From Candidatus Bilamarchaeum sp. (lineage in GTDB: Archaea > Micrarchaeota > Micrarchaeia > Anstonellales > Bilamarchaeaceae): a DNA stretch of 64,000 nt. Both the position numbers and the translations under genes were made by a program. Below are positions 9,605-19,188 of the stretch, piece by piece. Numbering within the stretch: position 1 is the stretch's first letter; every line of letters begins with the position of its first letter. A model generated the notes under the pieces. That model had not been told where the DNA came from. It was given only the letters and a program-made list of their open reading frames with translations, and did no database searches. The stretch covers positions 13,146-77,145 of the forward strand of contig DATIFM010000008.1 of NCBI GenBank assembly GCA_035455205.1. Direction: 5' to 3'.

Positions 9605-10489
9605 ATGCACGCCCGCAGGCTCCCCTCTCCGGAAGAAAGGCTCAGGGCCAATTTCGCAAGGGCAGCGGTCCTGCTGTCATATATATCATGCAGGGAGGAG
9701 AAGGCGAAGTTTTCCGGGACGGAGCTTGCCAAAGATGATATTGCATTGCCGCCGAAGCCGGATTCCGCCCTGCCCGCGATAGGGAGGCTGGACCGGAGCC
9801 CCCGGAGCCTGCCGGGTGCGTGCCCGGATGGGATGGCCGAGCACAGCAATTTCTGCATGGACCGGTTCGAGGGCCGCCTAGTATATATAGAGGACGGCAG
9901 GCCCCACCCGCATTTTTTGAGGCCGGTGGATTTCACGAAAGTCAGGGCCCGGTCCGATTTCGGTGCCTTCCCTCAGGGATACCTGAGCCAGCTGGAATCC
10001 GCAACCGTCTGCTCCAACGCCGGAAAGCGCCTTTGCACCCTCAGGGAGTGGATGGAGGCCTGCACTGCGGGGGGAAAGAGGAGGTTCCCGTATGGCGAGG
10101 GCGCAAGAGGCAACATATGCAACTCGGGAAAGGGCCCGCACGTGATGAGCCTCTACCATGGCGGCAATCATCCGGGCCACTACTGGGACAACAATCAGTT
10201 CAACGACCCGATTCTGAACGTGACGCACGGCTACCTTGCAAGGACGGGGATGCACCCGGAGTGCGTGAGCGAGAGGGGCGAATCCGACCTCACAGGAAAT
10301 TTGCACGAGTGGGTGAGCGATGTAGGGGAAAACGGGATGGGGACTTTTGCAGGGAGCTGCTACTCGGACAACGACATGCCGTGCTCGTATTACGCGCAGG
10401 TGCATGCGAGGCAGTATCATGATTATTCGACTGGAGTCCGCTGCTGCAGCGGCAAGGAGGGAAAAAATGAGAAGAATCGCGTTCACTAG
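9605..10489 (+). CDS. FGE-sulfatase (SUMF1/EgtB/PvdO)-domain protein, probable lipoprotein
   Basis: CPDGM, FCMDRFE, GKRLCT..EW..AC, FPYG, DLTGNLHEWV, YSTGVRCC; a hydrophobic stretch ending in SC. Confidence 0.85.
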   Translation: MHARRLPSPEERLRANFARAAVLLSYISCREEKAKFSGTELAKDDIALPPKPDSALPAIGRLDRSPRSLPGACPDGMAEHSNFCMDRFEGRLVYIEDGRPHPHFLRPVDFTKVRARSDFGAFPQGYLSQLESATVCSNAGKRLCTLREWMEACTAGGKRRFPYGEGARGNICNSGKGPHVMSLYHGGNHPGHYWDNNQFNDPILNVTHGYLARTGMHPECVSERGESDLTGNLHEWVSDVGENGMGTFAGSCYSDNDMPCSYYAQVHARQYHDYSTGVRCCSGKEGKNEKNRVH

Positions 10490-11402
10490 CATGGTTTTGC
10501 TCTCGTGCAACCGGGAGAAGGCTTACGAGGCGCCGCAGGGCACGCTGCCCGAGCCCTCGCGCACTTACGCGCCGATGGCGGAAGCGCCTATTGCGAGGCC
10601 GCCTGCGTCCCCGGCGCCGAAAAGGACTGCATCCGGAGCTTCCGCGGAGAAGCCGGAGGCCGGCACAAGCGCGGCAGCGGGTTCATCCTCGGATGCAGGG
10701 CCTGCCCTGGCCCTGAAACTGGGGACGGGTGCAGGATGCCCCGAAGGCATGGCGCGTACCGGGAGCTTCTGCATCGACCGGTTCGAGATAGCGCTGGAGG
10801 GGAAGGATGGCACGAGGTTCCGCCACAACGTTCATCCGCCAGAAGGCATGGACGGCCTCTCAGCCATATCCATCCCTGAAGTCAGCCCGCAGGGCCACCT
10901 CTCCCAGCCGCAGGCCATGAAGGCGTGCCAGAACGCCGGCAAGAGGCTCTGCACCTCGGACGAATGGGAGGCGGCATGCAAAGGGAAAGCGGGAAATCCG
11001 TTCCCCTACGGCGCGGCCATGGACGCGTCGGCCTGCAACGTCGACAAGAGGTCGCCCCACATCCTCGACTATTATTTCCCCGGCACGCCGCACCTCAAGA
11101 GGACAGGGAAGGAATTCAACGACCCGATGCTCCTCCTCGACCCGGCATACCAGACGAAAGCCGGCCGCATGCCTCTCTGCGTCACTCCCGAAGGCGTGTA
11201 CGACATGGACGGAAACATGAGCGAATGGGTGAGCGACTCCGAATCGAGGGGCGGGGTCACTTACGGCACCTTCCGCGGGGCGCCATTCTCGGGATACGCG
11301 AAGGAGGGGTGCGCGAGGAAAACCACAGCCCACGATGCAAGATATTACGATTACTCCACGGGGGCAAGGTGCTGCGCGGACATGCGGGGACGGGGTTTAT
11401 AA
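10467..11402 (+). CDS. FGE-sulfatase-domain lipoprotein (paralog of the preceding gene)
   Basis: MRRIAFTSMVLLSC lipobox-like signal, Pro/Ala linker, CPEGM, FCIDRFE, GKRLCT..EW, DMDGNMSEWV, YSTGARCC; GGAGG RBS. Confidence 0.87.
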   Translation: MRRIAFTSMVLLSCNREKAYEAPQGTLPEPSRTYAPMAEAPIARPPASPAPKRTASGASAEKPEAGTSAAAGSSSDAGPALALKLGTGAGCPEGMARTGSFCIDRFEIALEGKDGTRFRHNVHPPEGMDGLSAISIPEVSPQGHLSQPQAMKACQNAGKRLCTSDEWEAACKGKAGNPFPYGAAMDASACNVDKRSPHILDYYFPGTPHLKRTGKEFNDPMLLLDPAYQTKAGRMPLCVTPEGVYDMDGNMSEWVSDSESRGGVTYGTFRGAPFSGYAKEGCARKTTAHDARYYDYSTGARCCADMRGRGL

Positions 11403-11403
11403 A
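11396..11403 (+). promoter_or_regulatory. Putative archaeal TATA box for the kinase gene (likely leaderless mRNA)
   Basis: TTTATAAA ends 23 nt before ATG 11427 in an AT-rich gap with no RBS. Confidence 0.55.
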
Positions 11404-11426
11404 TACGAATATACACTTATTATAAC

Positions 11427-12254
11427 ATGCTTGAATTGAACAGGCCCCCCGGCAGGCGCGAGGAGAGGAACCTCATCGCCGGCCGCTACTGCCTCATCGA
11501 GGAGGTGGGGAGGGGGAGGCTCGGCTCCGTGCACAAGGCCCTCGACTGCGAGAGCGGGGGCACGGTCGCATTGAAGTTCGGCCTTGGGGACATGGGCTTT
11601 GCCCGCACTTCCCTCATGAACGAGGCAAGCGCGCTCGCCAGGGTGTCCCACGAAGGGGTGGCCGGCCTAAGGGGCGCCGGCGAGTCGGAAATGGGCCCTT
11701 TCATAGTCATGGATTATGTGCACGGACTGAACCTGAGGCAGCTCCTCAAAAGCGGGGGCATGCCTTCGGGGATGGCCATGAGGGCCATGGGCACGGTTTT
11801 GGGCGCCCTCGAATCCAGCCACCAGAGCGGCGTCGTCCACCGGGACATAAAGCCGAAGAACGTAATGATAGGGACGGACGGGAAGGCGAGGCTCGTGGAT
11901 TTCGGATTCGCCCGGGTGAGCGGGGAGAGCGATTACACCGAGAAGTTCACCCACGCCTTCGGCAACCCGATTTACAGCCCGCCCGAGGACCTCCGGGGAA
12001 ACGCGGACCCGAGGGTGGACATCTACTCGGCAGGCGTGATGCTTTACGAGCTCATGATAAACAGGAACAGGTTCTACTTCGTCAGCGCAATGAAGCTTCT
12101 CGAGCTCCGGACGAGCATCGGGAGGGCTTTCGGAGGGCGGAACGTGCCCGCAGACGCCCTCGAGATAGCGCACAAGGCGACGGAAAGGGACCCGGAAATG
12201 CGGTTCCAGAGCGCAAGGGCGATGAGGGAGGCCCTCGAGAACATCATCGTGTAG
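11427..12254 (+). CDS. Hanks-type Ser/Thr protein kinase (catalytic domain only)
   Basis: GRGRLGSV, VALK, HRDIKPKN, DFGFA, YSPPE, DIYSAG, DPEMRF. Confidence 0.92.
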   Translation: MLELNRPPGRREERNLIAGRYCLIEEVGRGRLGSVHKALDCESGGTVALKFGLGDMGFARTSLMNEASALARVSHEGVAGLRGAGESEMGPFIVMDYVHGLNLRQLLKSGGMPSGMAMRAMGTVLGALESSHQSGVVHRDIKPKNVMIGTDGKARLVDFGFARVSGESDYTEKFTHAFGNPIYSPPEDLRGNADPRVDIYSAGVMLYELMINRNRFYFVSAMKLLELRTSIGRAFGGRNVPADALEIAHKATERDPEMRFQSARAMREALENIIV

Positions 12255-12260
12255 GGTTTG

Positions 12261-12770
12261 TCATTGGGTGAGCCGCTTCATGCAGGAGGCGGCAAGGGAA
12301 ACCAGCGAAGAGTCGGCCATATCCTTCATGCCGGAAACCGTCTCGGCTATCCCCATCAGGACGATTTTTGAAAGGTCGCTGAATTCCGCGTCATGCGAGG
12401 CCCTGCGCAATATGTGCCCCAGCATCATCCGCGAAAGGGCAGGGTCGGCGCCGTCAACCGTGATTATGGCCATCGACACGAACATGCACGCGGCTATCTT
12501 CTCCTCCGCGGTCCTTTCCACGAAAGCCCCGAGCGCGGCCGCGGCGGAGCGGCGGTCGAGGGCGAGCGTCTGCGCGAAACCCTCTATGTCGAAATCGGTG
12601 TAGACGCTGTTCGGGTCCGAGCCGCCCTCGAAATGGGACATCGCCAGGGACACCAGGCGCTCGAGGGCGCCGGCGGGCGAGGAGCCGAGGGACTCGAGGA
12701 GAGCCTCGTGCCTGGAGCGCGCCTTCCTGCCGCGCATGTCTATTTCGAGGACCTTGCGCCCGTAAGCCAT
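12261..12770 (-). CDS. Hypothetical protein
   Basis: 169-aa ORF filling the gap, convergent with the kinase. Confidence 0.65.
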   Translation of the reverse strand: MAYGRKVLEIDMRGRKARSRHEALLESLGSSPAGALERLVSLAMSHFEGGSDPNSVYTDFDIEGFAQTLALDRRSAAAALGAFVERTAEEKIAACMFVSMAIITVDGADPALSRMMLGHILRRASHDAEFSDLSKIVLMGIAETVSGMKDMADSSLVSLAASCMKRLTQ

Positions 12771-12905
12771 GGATTGAAGGGGAAGCGCCGGTTTTTAGAT
12801 TCGAGCAGGAAAAAAGCGAAAATTTTCCGTGTACCGCACGCGGATTGCGGGAAAAATTGCAAAATTTCCAAACTCTTAAAAATCTTAAACGCGTGTGTGG
12901 TGCTC

Positions 12906-14543
12906 ATGAGAAACTTGATTATTTTGCTGGTTGCTTCGGTGATACTGATAAGCGGGTGCACGCAGGAGTGCCCCCAGGATGCCAAGCCGGTCTGCGGCTC
13001 TAACGGCGTCACTTACAAGAACGCCTGCCTCGCCCAGAAGGCCAACGCCACTGTCGTGAGCCAGGGCGCGTGCCCGGCAACGGCAGCGTGCACGGACTCC
13101 GACGGCGGAAAGGACATATTCACCGCAGGAAGCGTCACCGAGGGGGGTGCAGCGTCCGACGACATGTGCGCCAGCCCCGACAGCGTGCTCGAGAGGTTCT
13201 GCAAGGACTCCTCCGCGCTGTCTGAGAACCTGCCCTGCCCGTCAGGCTACCAGTGCGACGGCGGCAAATGCGTCGAAGTCGCCTGCTCTGACAGCGACGG
13301 CGGGATAAAGGAGGACGTGAAGGGGAGCGTAACCGCGGGAGGCAAGACCTCCGGCGACGAATGCGCCGACTCCGGCTCGGTCAAGGAATTCTACTGCGAC
13401 GGAGGAAAGGCGAACTCCAAGGAAATAGTGTGCGCCTCGGGAATGTCCTGCGTTAACGGCGCGTGCGTCAAGACGCTGTGCACCGACTCCGACGGCGGGA
13501 AGGACCCGGCGATAAAGGGCACCGCGAAGGCCGGAAGCGTCTCGCAGACGGACTCCTGCGACGGCAACGCCCTCACGGAATACTTCTGCGACGGCGACTC
13601 GGTTAAATCCGAGAAGGCCAACTGCCCGAGCGGCTACAGCTGCACGGACGGCAAGTGCGCAAAGAGCGTGTGCACGGACTCCGACGGCGGAAAGACCGCG
13701 GACGTGAAGGGCACCGTATCTTACGGGACCGCATCCCAGACGGACAGCTGCTACAGCAACACGCAGGTGCTCGAGTATTTCTGCGCCTCGGACGACAGCT
13801 ATACATCCGAGAAGATGAGCTGCGGGACGAACAGGGAATGCTTCGACGGCAAGTGCAGGAACGTCGAGTGCGCAGTCGACCTCCAGATAGTCGACGTGAG
13901 CGACAAGAGGGTCGAGCTCAAGGCCTTCGACGACTCGGACGAGCTGAAGCTCTACGAGAACGAAGTCGTTGAGATAAACGACGGCATGTTCCTCATGCTG
14001 GACACGATAAGCGGCAACCAGACGAGCCTGAAGCTGTTCAGGACGTTCGCGAAGCTGCAGGACAATGACGACGAGTGCAGCACGGACATCAGCGCAGGGG
14101 ACACCGAGAACGACCTCTGCGGAAGGAACACGGGCGACGTCGAGATAGGCAGCGTCAATGACAGCGGCGGATACGCGTTCCTCACCCTGCAGGAATACTT
14201 CGCAACGCAGTATTACTCGCAGGAGGGGAGCATAAAGAACTGGACCGACAACGTCCAGTGCCAGGACGACGAGGAGTCGTTCGACACGTATACGGCAGAC
14301 TTCTACCCGCGCCTCGACACGGCCTCATCGGGCCTCAACCTCGACGGAAGGAAGCTGAAGCTGTTCAGCCTCGACTCCAGGATAATCGAGGTCACCGGGG
14401 ACAGTGTCACACTCGACATTGACGGCGACGACGTCGAGCTGCAGGAGAGCGACACCTTCGAGTACCGCAACGAGCGGTACAGGGTGACGTCGCTCGAATT
14501 CGACGACGGCGGCCTCACGAGGATGGAAATCGAGCTCGACTGA
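12906..14543 (+). CDS. Secreted/lipid-anchored Cys-rich surface protein: Kazal domain, four C(T/S)DSDGG repeats and an acidic C-terminal domain
   Basis: Signal MRNLIILLVASVILISGC; Kazal PVCGSNGVTYKNAC; four ~65-aa repeats. A T-run follows the stop. Confidence 0.88.
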   Translation: MRNLIILLVASVILISGCTQECPQDAKPVCGSNGVTYKNACLAQKANATVVSQGACPATAACTDSDGGKDIFTAGSVTEGGAASDDMCASPDSVLERFCKDSSALSENLPCPSGYQCDGGKCVEVACSDSDGGIKEDVKGSVTAGGKTSGDECADSGSVKEFYCDGGKANSKEIVCASGMSCVNGACVKTLCTDSDGGKDPAIKGTAKAGSVSQTDSCDGNALTEYFCDGDSVKSEKANCPSGYSCTDGKCAKSVCTDSDGGKTADVKGTVSYGTASQTDSCYSNTQVLEYFCASDDSYTSEKMSCGTNRECFDGKCRNVECAVDLQIVDVSDKRVELKAFDDSDELKLYENEVVEINDGMFLMLDTISGNQTSLKLFRTFAKLQDNDDECSTDISAGDTENDLCGRNTGDVEIGSVNDSGGYAFLTLQEYFATQYYSQEGSIKNWTDNVQCQDDEESFDTYTADFYPRLDTASSGLNLDGRKLKLFSLDSRIIEVTGDSVTLDIDGDDVELQESDTFEYRNERYRVTSLEFDDGGLTRMEIELD

Positions 14544-14576
14544 TTTTTTTTATTTTTATCATTTTCGGGGTCAATA

Positions 14577-14828
14577 ATGGACAGGCCGGCGATATACACC
14601 GAGAACAAGACGGTCATAGACCTCGGCGGCAGCCTGAGCTGGTTCGCCTGCATAATCCTTGCGATTCTGATTATCCATTTCAGCTGCGGCGCGGGCACGG
14701 CCACAGGCTACGTGGGCGAAATCTGCGCAAGGGGCTTCGGGATACAGGACTATCTCGGCCTCATATGCTGCGCACCGCTCTACCTGCTTGCCGTAATACT
14801 CGCAAGCGGCGGCCTCAGGATCTGGTAA
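14577..14828 (+). CDS. Small membrane protein (two TM segments)
   Basis: 83 aa with two hydrophobic segments. Confidence 0.55.
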   Translation: MDRPAIYTENKTVIDLGGSLSWFACIILAILIIHFSCGAGTATGYVGEICARGFGIQDYLGLICCAPLYLLAVILASGGLRIW

Positions 14829-16053
14829 ACTTTTCGAGTTCTCTGAGGAGGAACGGGTCCAGCCTCGCAATCAAATGCTCCCGGACCTTGGCATCCTTGA
14901 AGCGGTAAGAGAGCACGGGCTCTCCCGTGTCCGTGACGAAGCGCGCCTTCCACTTGTTCTTGTATACGGTGAGCCCGGTCGTCCTGAAGGGGCCGCCGAG
15001 GCCGAAATCGAGCATCGCCACCCCTTTTTCGCACGCGTGCGATACGGAGAAATAATAGAGGGCCGAGCCGACGCCTGAGCGCATCAGCGCCCTGCTCCCT
15101 TCGAGCACGCCGATTGCCTTGAGCGCCAGAACCCGGCCGGGGCATTCTTGAACGAGGACTCCGCCGAGGGTGGCGTCGCCCCGGCAGGCAAAGAGAAGGT
15201 AACCGGCCCGGAACAGGGACTCCAGCTCGGAGAAAGTCGGCCTGACGGCGTTGCTCTCATGCATGGCCTCGAGCGTCGGCAGGTGCATGGATTTGTAGAA
15301 AAGGACGAAGTCATCCCGGTCCCGCGATATCCGGGGCATGAACCCTGCCTTCCGTATCTTGTTGATGTCGCTCCGGGCAGAGTGCGGGAGGCCCTTTTCG
15401 TATTCTGCGAGCGTGGCGGGTATGTCGATGATGGCGCGCACCGAGGACGGGGTGGCAAAATCGCCCCCTCCTGCGCCGGACTCCGGGACGGAGAGGATTT
15501 CGAGGTCCGCATCCCGGGCATCTTCGCGGCCTGCAGGCACGGCTCGCGCGGGGACGTCGAAGAGGGTTTCCGAAAGCAGGGCCGCCTTGTGCCCGGGAGT
15601 CCTGAGGAGCACAGTAAGGGGCAGGCCGCCGCACCGCCCCTTCGCGACATATGAGCGCGGGAAAAGCCGCGACTTGAGGCGGTACGCGGCCCCTGCAAGC
15701 ACAGGGAAGGAATTCCTCAGGGCAGAAAGGAGCGGCTCGGAGATTCCGGATCGGGGCCGCCCGAGGGCGTGAAGCCGGAGCCGGGCGGCGGCAGGCGCGG
15801 GGATGCCGCAGGAGACGGCGAGTCGCCCGGCCCTGTGCTCGCCGGCGAGTGAGGCAAGGGCGCATGCAAGTGCGTCCTCGTCGAAGCCGTCCGGAAATTC
15901 AAGGTTGGAGAGGGTGCCTCCTGCGAAGTCGAAAGTGAGCGCGTCGCGCTCGTCCCTTTTCACGGAAAAACGCCGGGCGCCCGGACCGCCGGTGCGGATC
16001 AGCTCCCGCCCCGGAGGCCCGCGCTCGTCGCCGACGAATCTGGCATATTGCAT
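14815..16053 (-). CDS. FemAB/BioF2-like GNAT-fold protein
   Basis: Y...L..SARSDINKIRK.G, F..FY..MH, G...LDFG and YKNKW motifs. The true start is probably ATG 16053. Confidence 0.7.
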   Translation of the reverse strand: MQYARFVGDERGPPGRELIRTGGPGARRFSVKRDERDALTFDFAGGTLSNLEFPDGFDEDALACALASLAGEHRAGRLAVSCGIPAPAAARLRLHALGRPRSGISEPLLSALRNSFPVLAGAAYRLKSRLFPRSYVAKGRCGGLPLTVLLRTPGHKAALLSETLFDVPARAVPAGREDARDADLEILSVPESGAGGGDFATPSSVRAIIDIPATLAEYEKGLPHSARSDINKIRKAGFMPRISRDRDDFVLFYKSMHLPTLEAMHESNAVRPTFSELESLFRAGYLLFACRGDATLGGVLVQECPGRVLALKAIGVLEGSRALMRSGVGSALYYFSVSHACEKGVAMLDFGLGGPFRTTGLTVYKNKWKARFVTDTGEPVLSYRFKDAKVREHLIARLDPFLLRELEKFTRS

Positions 16054-16147
16054 AGTCGCATCCCGCGTGATAGTATCCCGTGAGAAGCTTAAAAGGCGCG
16101 CAGATATGTTTTTATTGCTCGGATGATATGTGAGAGCGGCGGGAACA

Positions 16148-17221
16148 ATGGCTTTGATGATACAGGACACGACGCTGAGGGAGGGACAGCAGACTGCGTT
16201 CGTGAGCTTCACCAGGGAGCAGAAGCTGGAGCTTGCCGCCATGCTCTCGGATTTCGGGGTGGACTTCATCGACATCATGCCCGCGGCCTCGCCGAGGGAG
16301 CAGGCGATGAACAAGGAGCTTAACGGCATGGGCCTGCGGCCGAATGTCGTCTCGCTCTGCCGCACCATGAAGGAAGACATAGACAAGGCAATCGAGGCCG
16401 ACGCGAAATGGGTCGGAGTGTTCCAGGGGACTTCCCAGATACACCTCGAGTCCAAGCTCAGGATGGACGAGGATGCCAGCATAAGGAAGATAGAGGAGGC
16501 GGTGTCCTACGCCGCATCGCGCGGCCTGAAGGCCCGATTCGGCCTCGAGGACGCCTCGAGGACATCATACGATTATTTGATAAGGACGTGCCGGGCCGCG
16601 AGGGACGCGGGCGCGTGCCGGATAACGCTCGCGGACACGCTCGGGGCGATGCGCCCGGACAGGATGAAGGAGCTTGTCGCGAAAGTGAAGGCCGAGGCCG
16701 GCCTCCCGATAGACGTCCATTGCCACAATGATTTGGGCCTCGCGCTCGCGAACTCGCTTGCCGCCTACGAGGCAGGGGCCTCCTGCGTGCACACGACGAT
16801 AAACGGCTGCGGCGAGAGGGTCGGGATAGTGAAGCTCGCCGAGCTCGTGATGGCGATGGAAATCCTCTATGGGGAGAGGCTGAACGTGAAAAAGGAGATG
16901 CTGTATGCGCTCTCCGAGAAGTTCTCGGAGTTCAGCGGCATCCCCACGTGCCCGCTCATGCCTGTCGTCGGCAAAAACGCGTTCAGGCACAAGAGCGGCA
17001 TCCATACCGCCGCGCTCCTGCGCGACAAGAGGACGTACGAGCTTTTCGAGCCGCAAAGCGTAGGCAACAGGCGAAGGTACATACTCGGCGAATACACCGG
17101 AAAGGCGCTCATGAAGCACCTCTCGGACAGCCTCCACATGAACCTGAGCGACGAGCAGATACAGAGGGAGCTGCGCAAGATAAAGGGAAAGGGCGGAGAC
17201 ATATTCGACTTCCGTGATTGA
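16148..17221 (+). CDS. Homocitrate synthase / 2-isopropylmalate synthase family (short form, no LeuA regulatory domain)
   Basis: DTTLREGQQ, LADTLG, HCHNDLGLALAN, GCGERVG, AFRHKSGIH. Confidence 0.9.
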   Translation: MALMIQDTTLREGQQTAFVSFTREQKLELAAMLSDFGVDFIDIMPAASPREQAMNKELNGMGLRPNVVSLCRTMKEDIDKAIEADAKWVGVFQGTSQIHLESKLRMDEDASIRKIEEAVSYAASRGLKARFGLEDASRTSYDYLIRTCRAARDAGACRITLADTLGAMRPDRMKELVAKVKAEAGLPIDVHCHNDLGLALANSLAAYEAGASCVHTTINGCGERVGIVKLAELVMAMEILYGERLNVKKEMLYALSEKFSEFSGIPTCPLMPVVGKNAFRHKSGIHTAALLRDKRTYELFEPQSVGNRRRYILGEYTGKALMKHLSDSLHMNLSDEQIQRELRKIKGKGGDIFDFRD

Positions 17222-17459
17222 CATGAAGGCGTTTGTAGGGATAACTGGAACGGACGAGAAGCAGGTTTCTGCGGTTGCAGGGCGCCTAGCCTCGATAGAG
17301 GGGGTGGACGAAGCCATCGAGCTTGCCGGCCCGCTCGACCTGATGCTCAGGGTGAGCTCGGACTCGGCAAGCGGGATGAGCCGCATCATGGAGCGCATCA
17401 AGGCGACAGAGGGAGTGATGTCCGCGACGAGCTACCTCGTAATCGGTGAGAGTAAATGA
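17214..17459 (+). CDS. Stand-alone Lrp/AsnC ligand-binding (RAM) domain protein
   Basis: KAFVGI...LASIEGV.EA..LAGPLDLMLRV...IKATEGV..ATSY; overlaps both neighbours. Confidence 0.85.
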   Translation: MIDMKAFVGITGTDEKQVSAVAGRLASIEGVDEAIELAGPLDLMLRVSSDSASGMSRIMERIKATEGVMSATSYLVIGESK

Positions 17460-18691
17460 GCAGCCTAGTCGAGAAGATTCTTTCGTGCCACGCGCACCGC
17501 GAGGTGCATGCGGGCGAGACGATAATAGCGGACGTGGACCTCCTGATGGCTCACGACGTGACATGCGCATGGTCCATCGAGCCGTTCAAGAAAATCGCGC
17601 AGCGGGTCTTCGACCCGAAGAAGATAGTCGTCCCGTTCGACCACATATTCCCGAGCTCGCACATGGGCGCGTCCGTGATGCAGAAGAAGGTGATGGAATT
17701 CTGCAGGGAGCAGGGGATTGCGACGCTCTATGACGGCGTCGGGCACCAGGTGCTCGCCGAGAAATACCAGGTGCCGAACAGCCTCATGGTCGGCGCGGAC
17801 AGCCACACGCCCACGGGGGGCGGCGTGAGCGCCCTGACCCTCGGCGTCGGGAGCACGGACATGGCCATACTTTTCGCGACCGGGAAGACGTGGCTGAGCG
17901 TGCCCGAGACAATACACATCAGGATGAAGGGGAGGTTCAAGAAAGGCGTTTATGCGAAGGACGCGGGGCTCAGGCTGATGGCCGAGCTCGACCCGAAGGA
18001 GACCGGATACCGCGTCATCGAGTTCGAGGGACCAGAACTGGACGTCCCGGAAAGGATGACGCTCTGCAACCTCTGCTCCGAGATGGGCGCGAAGACCGCG
18101 ATATTCCCGGCAGACAGGCAGACGGAAAAATACCTGAGGGAGAACAATCGCTACGCGCCTTTCGAGGAGATACGCACGGACTCGGAATCCGACTACTGCA
18201 AGAGCGTTGAAATCGACCTCGACTCCCTCGAGCCCATCGTCGCAAGGCCGCCGCACATCACTGGCGGCGTCCCGGTTGGGGAGACCGAGGGCATAGAGCT
18301 GAACCAGATATTCCTCGGCTCCTGCACGAACGGAAGGGTGGAGGACCTAGAAATAGCCGCGAAAATCCTCAAGGGGAAGAAAGTGAAGGAGGGCGTGCGC
18401 TTCATAGTGACTCCAGCTTCCCGGCAGGCATACCAGCAGGCGCTCGAGCGGGGGCACCTTTCGGTGCTGAACGAGGCCGGCGCGATACTGTGCAACCCCG
18501 GCTGCGGCCCGTGCCTCGGGCGGCAGCAGGGAGTCCTTGCCGACGGCGAAGTATGCCTCTCGACGAGCAACCGGAACTTCCCCGGGCGCATGGGAAGCCC
18601 CAAGGCAGAGATATACCTCTGCTCGCCGGCGACCGCCGCCGCGAGCGCGATAAGCGGGAGGATAACAGACCCGAGGAAGGTGCTCATATGA
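17456..18691 (+). CDS. leuC: 3-isopropylmalate dehydratase / homoaconitase large subunit
   Basis: HD, DH, GADSHT, GSCTNGR, PGCGPCLG, STSNRNFPGRMG. Confidence 0.92.
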   Translation: MSSLVEKILSCHAHREVHAGETIIADVDLLMAHDVTCAWSIEPFKKIAQRVFDPKKIVVPFDHIFPSSHMGASVMQKKVMEFCREQGIATLYDGVGHQVLAEKYQVPNSLMVGADSHTPTGGGVSALTLGVGSTDMAILFATGKTWLSVPETIHIRMKGRFKKGVYAKDAGLRLMAELDPKETGYRVIEFEGPELDVPERMTLCNLCSEMGAKTAIFPADRQTEKYLRENNRYAPFEEIRTDSESDYCKSVEIDLDSLEPIVARPPHITGGVPVGETEGIELNQIFLGSCTNGRVEDLEIAAKILKGKKVKEGVRFIVTPASRQAYQQALERGHLSVLNEAGAILCNPGCGPCLGRQQGVLADGEVCLSTSNRNFPGRMGSPKAEIYLCSPATAAASAISGRITDPRKVLI

Positions 18692-19188
18692 TTTGGAAAT
18701 TCCCGGACAACATAAACACGGACTTCATAAGCCCGGCACGGTACAACCTCGCATCCAGCCTCGACGCCAACGCGAAGGAGCTTGCGAAGATTGCGTTCGT
18801 CGAGTACAGGCCGGAGTTCCCCAAGAACGTGAAGGAGGGCGACATCATCGTCGCGGGGGAGAACTTCGGGTGCGGCTCGTCCCGCGAAAGCGCCGTGGTC
18901 GCGCTCCAGGCCTGCGGCATCAAGGCGATACTCGCCAAATCGTTCGCGAGGATATTCTTCAGGAACGCGATAAACATCGGCATGCGCTGCATCGCGATAG
19001 ACACGAGCGGCTTCGAGGAAGGCGACGAAATCGAGATAGACAGCAAAAAGAACGTCGTGCGCAACAGGACGAGGGGCATCGAGCGCGGATACAAGGAAGA
19101 TGAATTGACAAAAAAGATACTCGCAGAAGGCGGGATAATCTCTTTCATTCAGAAGAACGGCACTGGCTCGCTGGAAAGGCTTCTATGA
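18688..19188 (+). CDS. leuD: 3-isopropylmalate dehydratase / homoaconitase small subunit
   Basis: DNINTDFISP, AGENFGCGSSRE, SFARIFFRNAINIG; ATGA overlap. Confidence 0.92.
   Translation: MIWKFPDNINTDFISPARYNLASSLDANAKELAKIAFVEYRPEFPKNVKEGDIIVAGENFGCGSSRESAVVALQACGIKAILAKSFARIFFRNAINIGMRCIAIDTSGFEEGDEIEIDSKKNVVRNRTRGIERGYKEDELTKKILAEGGIISFIQKNGTGSLERLL

Noticed and set aside
12393..12905. N-terminal extension of the Kazal/DSDGG ORF
   Set aside because: It overlaps the opposite-strand gene and the promoter region. The signal peptide starts at 12906.
13085..13860. ~195-bp periodic GACTCCGACGGCGG repeats, considered as an array or DGR repeats
   Set aside because: They are explained by the protein's DSDGG repeats, and no reverse transcriptase is present.
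16054..16482. N-terminal extension of the GNAT ORF 14815-16482
   Set aside because: It is antisense to the synthase gene and crosses the divergent promoter.
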